A program made the position numbers and the translations under genes. The notes under the pieces are model-generated. The model ran no database searches. It saw only the letters and a list, made by a program, of their open reading frames with translations, and was not told the origin of the DNA. This document shows positions 19,682 through 28,900 of a stretch of 62,800 nucleotides of DNA, in pieces (the first letter of the stretch is position 1; each line of letters opens with the position of its first letter). The stretch lies in the IMG/VR virus record IMGVR_UViG_3300042544_003430, one strand, 5' to 3'. This DNA is from a virus. Its lineage: Duplodnaviria; Heunggongvirae; Uroviricota; Caudoviricetes.

Positions 19682-20326
19682 ATGGCACAAGGAGTACATA
19701 AAATTACGGAGGATTTTGAAAAATCACTATGCGATTATACCGGATCGCCTTATGCAGTTGCATTAGATAATATGAGCAATGCTTTATTTTTAGCCCTTTA
19801 CTACGAAAAAAATATAAAGAAAAGTATTAAGGCTGGAACTGTCGATTGCCCTGCTAGAACTTATCCTTCCGTTCCGTGTGAAATAATTCACGCAGGTCTG
19901 AAGGTTAATTTTACCCCAGTGGAAGGGGATACCATAAAAGGAGCTTATCAGCTTTTTCCAAGCAACGTCTGGGATTCCGCTTTAAGATTTAGCGCTGATA
20001 TGTATATCCCAAAAACCCATATGTGCTTATCCTTTACTGGACCATATAAAACACTGAAGCTGAGCAAGGGAGGAGCAATATTAACCGATGACTATCAAGC
20101 AATGTTATGGTTCAAAAGAGCTAGATTTAGTGGGAGAAGAGAATGCTCATATCACGATGATAACTTTGATATGCTAGGATGGAATTTTTACATGATGCCG
20201 GAACTCTCAGCAAGAGGACTTTTGATGATGACTCAGTTTTATAACATGGACGGGTCAAAAAAATACAACGAAGATCTAGAACTACCATATCCTGATTTAT
20301 CAAAATTTGAAATTTATAAACAATGA
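19682..20326 (+). CDS. Short DegT/DnrJ/EryC1/StrS-family aminotransferase
   Basis: FEKSLCDYTGSPYAVA, TYPSVP, SFTGPYK..L.KGGAILTDD and LGWNFYM. Confidence 0.75.
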   Translation: MAQGVHKITEDFEKSLCDYTGSPYAVALDNMSNALFLALYYEKNIKKSIKAGTVDCPARTYPSVPCEIIHAGLKVNFTPVEGDTIKGAYQLFPSNVWDSALRFSADMYIPKTHMCLSFTGPYKTLKLSKGGAILTDDYQAMLWFKRARFSGRRECSYHDDNFDMLGWNFYMMPELSARGLLMMTQFYNMDGSKKYNEDLELPYPDLSKFEIYKQ

Positions 20327-20901
20327 AAAAAGCATTAGTCGGATATGGTGGACATGCCAAAGAAGTGATGGCACAAATGGGGTTAAATATTACTTGTTTT
20401 GTAGACGACAAATATTTGATCACCGGAACAAAACCATTATCTGAATTTGATCCGAAAGAATACTCTTTGATGGTTGCAGTTGCAGACCCGATAGACAGAC
20501 ATAATATTATACAGAAACTTCCAAAAGAAACTAAATATTTTACCTGGATACATCCAACTGCTTTACTGATGGGGAAAATAGAAATCGGAGAAGGTAGCTT
20601 TATCGGTGCTTATTCTATTCTAACTACAAATATTAAAGTTGGAAGTCATTCAATCTTAAATAGGGGTAACCACATTGGCCACGACTGTATTATAGGAAAT
20701 TATTTCAGTGCAATGCCCGGATCTATAGTTTCAGGAAACGTTCATATAGGAAATATGGTTTATTTAGGAACAAATTCCTCCATAATAGAAAAAAAATACT
20801 TAGCACACAATATCAAAATAGGTGCAAATAGTGTAGTTATAAGAGATATAAAAGAACCTGGTATTTATGCTGGATCTCCTGCTAGAAAAATTTTAAAATG
20901 A
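20323..20901 (+). CDS. PglD/NeuD-like sugar acetyltransferase
   Basis: VGYGGHAKEV, hexapeptide repeats, HIGHDC. Confidence 0.85.
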   Translation: MKKALVGYGGHAKEVMAQMGLNITCFVDDKYLITGTKPLSEFDPKEYSLMVAVADPIDRHNIIQKLPKETKYFTWIHPTALLMGKIEIGEGSFIGAYSILTTNIKVGSHSILNRGNHIGHDCIIGNYFSAMPGSIVSGNVHIGNMVYLGTNSSIIEKKYLAHNIKIGANSVVIRDIKEPGIYAGSPARKILK

Positions 20902-21887
20902 AAGATCTAATATTAATAACCTCATATTGTCCCGATGACCATAGAGAAAATATACTGAGAAATTTAGTTTATTCTTTAGAAAAATACAAAAGTAATTTTG
21001 AGGTTATGGTCGTAAGTCATACCCCAATTTCTTTAGACATTCAAAAAAAAGTTGAATTCTGCTTTTATGATAAAAAGAATGAAATCCTGACCGATTGGGA
21101 TCTCCTAAATCAACCTTGGTTTATCCCTAGCGGGGGAAGAAGAATTCAATCTTCTTTCCTTAGCAAAAAAAATACACATTTAGCAATCTGGAGGCTAATG
21201 ATACTGGGATTTTCAAATGCCAAAAATTTAGGATTCTCAAAAGTCCATCATATAGAATATGATTGTGAGATAAATGAAATTAGTGAATTTCTAGAAAATA
21301 GCAGATTGTTAAATGAGAATAATAGTGTTGTCTATATGGATATTCAAGAAAGAATATCCCCTGTAATGTTTGGAAGTTTTCAATCTTACTTTATTCCAAA
21401 AATCCACGAATTACTTGTTAATCTTAATGAAGAAAAAATTAAAGATTTAATAAGACATGCTATCTCTAAGTCTCCAGAGGGTCTTTTAAAACAACTAATA
21501 GATGAAAGTGGTAATGTTGTTGTCAAGAACAGAGACGTTTTGAAAAAAAAAGGAAATAGATTTGGAATAATTAATAGCCAATCGATTAATAAAAATCCTT
21601 GGTCAGTTCCTTATTATGACTACTTAACAGAAACAGTCGATTTTATTTCCTGGAACACATCAAACAAAGAAGGCATAGAATATAAGATAATAATAAATAA
21701 TACCAATTTAGTTTACATCCCTAAAGTTTATATTGATTGCTGGACAATTAGGTCTCTGGGAAAAATAGAAGAAATTAATTCTATTATAGTTCTAGAAAAT
21801 GAAATAATTAGAGATACTTTTTACCTGAATTCAGAATCAGACAGGGAATTATTTAAAAAAATGAGCTATAGAGTAGTAGAAGATTAA
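20898..21887 (+). CDS. Hypothetical protein, possible glycosyltransferase; paralog of 24520..25500
   Basis: Shared N-terminus (LITSYC / LISSYC ... VVSHTPI / VISPI); HHIEYD acidic motif. Confidence 0.5.
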   Translation: MKDLILITSYCPDDHRENILRNLVYSLEKYKSNFEVMVVSHTPISLDIQKKVEFCFYDKKNEILTDWDLLNQPWFIPSGGRRIQSSFLSKKNTHLAIWRLMILGFSNAKNLGFSKVHHIEYDCEINEISEFLENSRLLNENNSVVYMDIQERISPVMFGSFQSYFIPKIHELLVNLNEEKIKDLIRHAISKSPEGLLKQLIDESGNVVVKNRDVLKKKGNRFGIINSQSINKNPWSVPYYDYLTETVDFISWNTSNKEGIEYKIIINNTNLVYIPKVYIDCWTIRSLGKIEEINSIIVLENEIIRDTFYLNSESDRELFKKMSYRVVED

Positions 21888-21889
21888 TA

Positions 21890-22441
21890 ATGATTGAAAA
21901 TATACATTTATGGCATGCTGACAGAGGAACTTATTTTGATCGAAATGTGAATATAATTTCGTGGAGTGACCAATATCAAATCAGATTAGGCCGATATAAT
22001 TCAATTGGTAGAGATTGTAACTTTTTCCTGCATGCAAACCATAGACCAGATTGGGTAACGACATCTTCCCAATTGTTAGGACCTGTTACGGACGAAATTG
22101 CTCAAATGCACATGCAAATGGGACATCCCTCATGTAAGGGTGATATTATAATTCAAAATGATGTTTGGATCGGAGCAAAGTCTACTATAATGTCCGGGGT
22201 TAAAATATCTAACGGATCTATCGTTGGAGCTGGATCCGTGGTAACTAAGGATGTTCCCCCGTATGCAATTGTTGCCGGCAATCCGGCTAAGATAGTTAAA
22301 TCCAGGTTTACTGAGGAACAAATTGAAAAGTTATTAACTATTGCTTGGTGGAACTGGGACGAACAAAAAATTAGAGATAACTCGATGACTATGTGGTCAG
22401 ATAATATAGATGAATTTATAAATAAATTTTATGAAAATTAA
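21890..22441 (+). CDS. CatB/Vat-family hexapeptide O-acetyltransferase
   Basis: GDIIIQNDVWIG...VVTKDVPPYAIVAGNPAK...AWWNW. Confidence 0.85.
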   Translation: MIENIHLWHADRGTYFDRNVNIISWSDQYQIRLGRYNSIGRDCNFFLHANHRPDWVTTSSQLLGPVTDEIAQMHMQMGHPSCKGDIIIQNDVWIGAKSTIMSGVKISNGSIVGAGSVVTKDVPPYAIVAGNPAKIVKSRFTEEQIEKLLTIAWWNWDEQKIRDNSMTMWSDNIDEFINKFYEN

Positions 22442-23951
22442 TAAAGCAATTTTTGGTGTTGATGATTCTTACTTTTTAGAATTTTGGCCTATACAAGCTA
22501 GGATTTGTAAAGAGTTATTAAACATAGAACCTGTTCTATTTTATATTTGTGATGAGGATAGCGACTTCTATAATGATGGGAACGGTTTAGTTAAGAAAAT
22601 TAAAAAAGTAAAAAACACTCAAAATGGTAATGTAATAAATTCTGGATTACTTGCTTGTATTGTACGAATGTATGGCACGAAATATTTTCCAGATGAGGTG
22701 TGTCTTACTTGCGATTTAGATATGCTAATGATTAATAAAGATTATTTCGTTAATCAAATTGAAAAATATGATAATGATAGTTTAGTTATTTATTCAAGTG
22801 ATGCGTATGATTTAAATAGACCAGAAGCGATTGAGCTGTTTAAAAATCAACCATTTCCTTTTACCCAAGAAATGTATAACTATCCATATAATGCGGCTAA
22901 AGGTAGAGTATTTGACAAAATTTTAGACACTAATTGTACTTTTGAAGAGTTTACTAATCGTCACGGAAATTATAAACCAGGATATCATTTTATGTGGATG
23001 ATTGATGAGTTTTATTTTGCGGATTGTGTAAATAATAAAAATCACGGTATTGAAGTTCATAAACTTAAAAGAGGATACATTTCTCCTTGGATTGCTGATA
23101 GAAGAATTGATAGAGGAAATTTCCCTGTTAAATTAGAGTGGGATGGTGAAATTGAATTCCAAAAAAAATATGGTATTTACGATGAAAAAAAACTTAGAGA
23201 TGGTTATTATATTGACGTAAATTGTTGTAGACCTTATAGCAAATATAAACAAGCGATAGATGATTTAATAGATATTGTATTGTGTGATAAAAATAATATA
23301 CAGAATAATATAATGTATGATTTAGGGATAAAACACCAAACGGATAAAATAGTACATCATAGATATGATAGGATTTATCCTTTATTTTTAGATCGATTAA
23401 AAAACTCACCGATAAAACTTTTTGAAGTTGGATGTGGTTCTGATTATGCATCATTTAACATGTGGAAAGAATATTTTCCAAGCGGGATGATATTTTCTAT
23501 GGACATTAATGAAGAAATTGAAACAGATAGAGGCATAGTTTATAAAGGGGACCAAACCAAAGAAGAAGATCTAAATAGAATGGTCGAAATAATTGGTAAG
23601 TGTGATATAATAATTGATGACGGAAGTCATGTACCGCAACACCAAATAGAAACATTTAATTATCTTTTTGAAAACATGCTAGAAAATGGTGGGATTTATA
23701 TTATTGAGGATATTGAGTGTAATTATTGGAATCCAAGAAATATGATTTACGATTACCAAATAGGTGACTATAATATTGTGGACTATTTTCAGTCTTTACC
23801 GCACAAAATAAACTCGGAATTTAGTAATATGAAAAATCATAAATCAATCTCGTCACTAACTTTTTTCAAAAATTGTATAATTTTAACTAAAATGACATCT
23901 GATGAAATTGAAGAAAATAAACAAGAATATAGATTTAAAAATATGTTATGA
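22431..23951 (+). CDS. Two-domain protein: glycosyltransferase-like N-terminus plus sugar O-methyltransferase-like C-terminus
   Basis: TCDLDML DxD motif; LFEVGCG, IIIDDGSH and YIIEDI motifs. Confidence 0.65.
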   Translation: MKINKAIFGVDDSYFLEFWPIQARICKELLNIEPVLFYICDEDSDFYNDGNGLVKKIKKVKNTQNGNVINSGLLACIVRMYGTKYFPDEVCLTCDLDMLMINKDYFVNQIEKYDNDSLVIYSSDAYDLNRPEAIELFKNQPFPFTQEMYNYPYNAAKGRVFDKILDTNCTFEEFTNRHGNYKPGYHFMWMIDEFYFADCVNNKNHGIEVHKLKRGYISPWIADRRIDRGNFPVKLEWDGEIEFQKKYGIYDEKKLRDGYYIDVNCCRPYSKYKQAIDDLIDIVLCDKNNIQNNIMYDLGIKHQTDKIVHHRYDRIYPLFLDRLKNSPIKLFEVGCGSDYASFNMWKEYFPSGMIFSMDINEEIETDRGIVYKGDQTKEEDLNRMVEIIGKCDIIIDDGSHVPQHQIETFNYLFENMLENGGIYIIEDIECNYWNPRNMIYDYQIGDYNIVDYFQSLPHKINSEFSNMKNHKSISSLTFFKNCIILTKMTSDEIEENKQEYRFKNML

Positions 23952-24523
23952 AAAATAAAGAAGAAAAAATTGAAGAATTACTACTTACACCAAGAATGTT
24001 TTATAGTGATTTTAAACCTAGATATAATCAATTGAAAGGTTTAAAAATGCTGATAGATAAATTTATTGATGATAATATGACCATGGTTGAAATAGGTTCT
24101 TTTGCTGGGGTTAGTAGTGAATTATTCTCACTACACTGTAAAAAAATATATTGTGTTGACTTATGGGACCCATATTGGGAAATAACAGATAAACAAAAAG
24201 TAGAATTTGCGGAGTATTCTTTTGATAAGATGTCTAAAAATTATAACAATATAGTAAAAATTAAAAATAGTAGTGTCGAAGCGGCAAAACAATTTGATGA
24301 TAACTCTTTAGATTTTGTTTATATTGATGCGGCACATGACTATGAAAGTGTAAGGCAGGATATTTTAACTTGGTTACCAAAGGTTAAAAAGGGAGGATAT
24401 ATCGGAGGACATGATTTTAGATTTGATGAAAACATCGGTGTATATGAAGCTGTTAATGATATTTTTTGTTACGATTATATGATAACATCATTCCCTGATT
24501 CAAGTTTTGTTGTAGAAGTATGA
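23948..24523 (+). CDS. Class I SAM methyltransferase (Methyltransf_24-like)
   Basis: VEIGSFAG, DFVYIDAAHDYE, GGYIGGHDF. Confidence 0.85.
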   Translation: MKNKEEKIEELLLTPRMFYSDFKPRYNQLKGLKMLIDKFIDDNMTMVEIGSFAGVSSELFSLHCKKIYCVDLWDPYWEITDKQKVEFAEYSFDKMSKNYNNIVKIKNSSVEAAKQFDDNSLDFVYIDAAHDYESVRQDILTWLPKVKKGGYIGGHDFRFDENIGVYEAVNDIFCYDYMITSFPDSSFVVEV

Positions 24524-25500
24524 GAAAAATAGTTTTAATAAGTTCATATTGCGATACTCAGGAAAAAATTGATATTTTATACGACAATATAAAAATATTA
24601 AAGGGGTTAGATTTAGATACGTTAGTAATAAGTCCAATCACATTACCTGAAGACATAATAGAACTATCTGATTTTGTTTTTTTTACAAAAGAAAATCCTT
24701 TGCTAAATTGGCCGGTTCGTGGATTTACTTTTTGGGAAACAAATTTTTCTAAAGATGGTTGGATGACCATGCACAGAAATGTTGCGGAATATGGATGGGC
24801 TGGTTTATACCAAATAAAAAAAATGAGTCAAATTGCATTAAGTTATGATTACGATTATTTTTATCACATAATATATGATTTGGAAATTGATGAATACGTT
24901 ATTGATACTATAAATTCTAATATAACTAACTTAGTACATCCAAGAATTAATCCTAATAATAATGATGATTGGTGGGATTGTACTCTGCATTTTATGATAT
25001 TTGATAGGGAAATAATGGGTAAAATTGTTGATGTAATAAATCTTGATGATTATTTGAAGCTGGATGGTGTTGCCGAAGGACAAGCGTTATTATGGACTAA
25101 ATTATTCCCAATCCAAATTTCAAAAACACCAGTAAGAGATAAAATTTATTATTGGGGTGACAGGGGATTTTTTGATTACTCAATGAACCCAAAATATAAA
25201 TTATTTATTAGTAAAAATACACCAACAACCTGTTGGATTTCTGAAGACGATGTTAATATTGAAAAACCAATATCCTCTAACCTTAGATTTTATATTTATG
25301 ACATCAAAGAACCTCAAAAATTAACATTCAATTTAGATGAAGTTCTTTATGAGAGAGAATTAAGTGAAAATGAAATTTTTGAGTTTGAAGTAGATTCAAA
25401 TACAATAAAAAATATAAAATTAATTGACACTTATGGTGAGTATGATTACTCTACTATCTATAAAGAAATTGATAGAAATTTAATTTACTTAGGACATTAG
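24520..25500 (+). CDS. Hypothetical protein, paralog of 20898..21887
   Basis: Similar N-terminal 70 aa; YHIIYDLE motif. Confidence 0.5.
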   Translation: MRKIVLISSYCDTQEKIDILYDNIKILKGLDLDTLVISPITLPEDIIELSDFVFFTKENPLLNWPVRGFTFWETNFSKDGWMTMHRNVAEYGWAGLYQIKKMSQIALSYDYDYFYHIIYDLEIDEYVIDTINSNITNLVHPRINPNNNDDWWDCTLHFMIFDREIMGKIVDVINLDDYLKLDGVAEGQALLWTKLFPIQISKTPVRDKIYYWGDRGFFDYSMNPKYKLFISKNTPTTCWISEDDVNIEKPISSNLRFYIYDIKEPQKLTFNLDEVLYERELSENEIFEFEVDSNTIKNIKLIDTYGEYDYSTIYKEIDRNLIYLGH

Positions 25501-25528
25501 AAGACTAACTTAAATATTAATTAAAAAT

Positions 25529-25918
25529 ATGATATACAATCCAAAAATTTACATAGATAAAAGTCCGATCCATGGTTGGGGGGTTTTTGCCAAAGAGCAT
25601 ATAAAGGAAGGAGAAATATTCGAGGTTTGTCCTGTTATCACACTCCCCATCAATAAAGGAGAATCCAGTTCTCTTTTAATAGACTATAGATTCAACTGGC
25701 CACAGGGAAATGAATGGGAAGAACAAGTTTTCTCTTTCGGTTTTGGTGGGTTGTATAACCATAGAAATGATGCAAATTCTTATTGGAGATCCAATATTGA
25801 AAACAAAACTTTTGAATTTATTGCACACAGGGACATTTTTCCAGGGGAGGAAATTTTCATCTGGTATGGAGACATAGGGTATTGGAACGACGGGAGAACT
25901 CACACGGAAGTGATATAG
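25529..25918 (+). CDS. SET-domain protein
   Basis: SPIHGWGVFA, LYNH and RDIFPGEEIFIWYG SET motifs. Confidence 0.88.
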   Translation: MIYNPKIYIDKSPIHGWGVFAKEHIKEGEIFEVCPVITLPINKGESSSLLIDYRFNWPQGNEWEEQVFSFGFGGLYNHRNDANSYWRSNIENKTFEFIAHRDIFPGEEIFIWYGDIGYWNDGRTHTEVI

Positions 25919-25924
25919 TTTTTT

Positions 25925-25948
25925 AATATATAAATAGGATCGTATATT
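25925..25948 (+). promoter_or_regulatory. Class II variant GGATCGTATATT (25937-25948) preceded by AATATATAAATA
   Basis: One mismatch to GACCGTATATT; 16 nt before the ATG. Confidence 0.45.
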
Positions 25949-25964
25949 AAAAAAAAAGAATCCT

Positions 25965-28900
25965 ATGAAAAACTTATTTAAACTTCTGCTTCTTTCTTTG
26001 CTCTTGTTCTTACCTGCAAAAGCTAGTGCTACCCATATGATGGGTGGAGACATTTCCTATGAATGTATTTCACCAGGTAAGTATAAATTATTCATAAAAA
26101 TCTATAGGGATTGTAGAGGTATTTCATTTAACAACCCAACAATTAGTGCTTATTGTGTTGATGGAAATGGTGGTATTACTAATAATACTCCTATAACATA
26201 TACAAGAACAGCTATCAATGACATTACACCAAATTGTTCTTCAGGTACTGCGCCATGTAATCCTGAAAACACTACAGTAACTTCTGAAGGTATTGAAGAA
26301 CATGTTTTTGAAGCTATCATGGATTTTAATACAGATCCTTTTAAAGCTTTAAAGGATGCAGGTTGTTGTGAAATTAGAATTAAAGTAGAACAGTGTTGTA
26401 GAAACGATGCTATAAATACTATCAATCCCGGAAATTTCTTTACTGATGCAATGATTAACATCTGTAACATTGCTAAAACTAAAAAAAAATGTAACACTTC
26501 TCCTCAATTATCTATACCTCCTGTTGCTTATATTTGTTGTAACCAACCATTTAGATATAATAATGGTGTTCGTGAAGTTACTGATGGTGATAGTTTATCT
26601 TATGAACTTTCAACTCCATTAAGCGCTCATAACACTAATGAAAACTATGCTGGTGGGTTTAATTCTCAAATTCCAATGACTCCTTATTGTCCTCCAAATC
26701 CAGGAATTATTAATTGCAGACCATTACCTAATGCTAATCCACCAAGAGGTATTTATTTTGATAAAGAAACAGGTGATATTGTTTTTACACCTACAAAATG
26801 TGATGAAGTAGGAGTTATAGTAATTCAAATTAATGAATGGAGAAAGGATTCTACAACTAATAAATGGATACTAATCGGTTTTACAAGACGGGATATGCAA
26901 CTTATTGTTAAACAATGTCCTGATAACAACCCACCTTCATTTCCTGACTCTAAAAACAAATACTCTGTATGTGAAGGAGAAAAAATATGTTTTAGAATTA
27001 AAACAAAAGATGATCCGTTTTTACCTAATCAAACAAGAGCAGACACTACTACTTTAACTTGGAACAACGGTATTCCAGGTGCTACTTTTAATATAGTAAA
27101 TTTAAATGTTAGGGAAAGAGAAGCAGAATTTTGTTGGACTACTAAAATTGGAGATGCTAGACCTAATCCTTATTCATTTACAGTTACAGTCAAAGATGAT
27201 AATTGTCCCAAACCAGCATCAGCTAATAGAGGTTATAATATTACTGTTGCACCTAGAGCTGTAGATACCCGTAAGTATACCGTTTTAGATTGTGGTAAAT
27301 TAAAGTTTACAGCCACTCCTAAAGATACAGTTAACTACAATCCTAAAAACTATAGATACAAATATGTAATTAGAGATTCAACAAACAGCGGTGTTCCGTT
27401 TTTTATGACTTTTAACAGAACTGATAGTTTTAAATTTAAACGTGGTGGAAAATATATCATTGAACACGAAATCAATAATCCTCCGTTCAATTGCCCAACC
27501 ATTTATTCAGATACTATTATTATACCACCTGTATTAGATGTTGAGTTATCCTTTGGTAAAGACACATTTATATGTGCAGGTAATTCATTAACAGTAGAAC
27601 CAATTGTAGCTTATGGTTTTGCTCCTTATAAATTTAGATGGGAAGTGCCTGTTGGAACTCATAATCCTGCAGATACTTTAAATAAAATTACCATTACACC
27701 AACTCAGACGACTCGGATTGCACTTAGACTTACCGATAAAAATAAATGTGTAGACTCTGATACCATTTTGATTAAATACATTAAAAATCCTATCGTTGAC
27801 CTTGGTCCTGACCGAAGAATATGTACTTATGATTTTGCTACATTAGATGCTCAAAATGCAGATACTCTAATGTATGAATGGAGTTCGAATGGAGTTACGA
27901 TTATTGGATCAAGTACCCTTGTAGTAAATTTATACGAAAAAATATTCCCTTCTCAAAAGTATTCAGTTAAGGTATTAGATAGTGTTTACAAATGTTTTGA
28001 TACTGATACAATAGAGGTATTTGTCAATGACACAGTTATAGCTCTTTCTGGAGGGGATAGAGAAATTTGTATTTTTGATACCTTAAAAGTTACATCTAAA
28101 CGTAAGCCATTGGGATACACTCGTCAAATTACTTGGAGAGATATTATTTCTGGTACAACTATGGCAACTGATAGCGCTTTCAGTTTAAGAATATCCACAC
28201 TTGCGACTCGTAAATATGAAATGCTTTTAAGAGTTAATCAAAAAGGAGTTATCTGTGAAGACTTAGACACATTTACTTTAACTGTTAATCCATTACCTGC
28301 CTTTACTCCAACAATACTACCACCTAGATGTTATCAAGATGGTGCTATTAATTTAAATTTAGCTAACTTTGCTACTGCAAATAATAAAACAATTCCTGCT
28401 GACTCGATTAGATTCTTTCAAACTAAAACACCAAGTTGGATTACAGGTGGTCCTGTAGGTAGAAATACTTTTGTTTGGAATTTTCCAATTTACATTACTA
28501 ACGCTCAAGTACCTAAAGCAGGTTTAACTGATGTAATTAGTTATGATTATAGAGATAAAAAAGGATGTTATAATAGAGGTAGTCATTCAATTAGATTAAA
28601 TCCTAATCCTGTAGTTAAATTAAGAGAAAGATCATTTTGTCAAAAACCCTATCTCCCAACAAATGGGTCTGGTAATACATCAGGGTCTCAATATGGAGAA
28701 AGTTTAGTAGATCTTAGCGTTTTAATAGTGTCTCCGTTCTCTAGAATTGGTGGTATAGAAACATTTAGATGTTTATCTGTTCCTGATGGTTCAGGTGTTA
28801 ATCCCGATCTTATTATATTTTGGGATAATTCAATCCCTGCAAAGCCATTATTTGATCCCGGATCTCCTGAAGAACCTCAAAAAACAGGTAAATACGAAAT

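Noticed and set aside
21890-22441. Antibiotic resistance gene (Vat/CatB)
   Set aside because: The fold family is broad, and its position within a sugar-modification cluster favours a sugar O-acetyltransferase.
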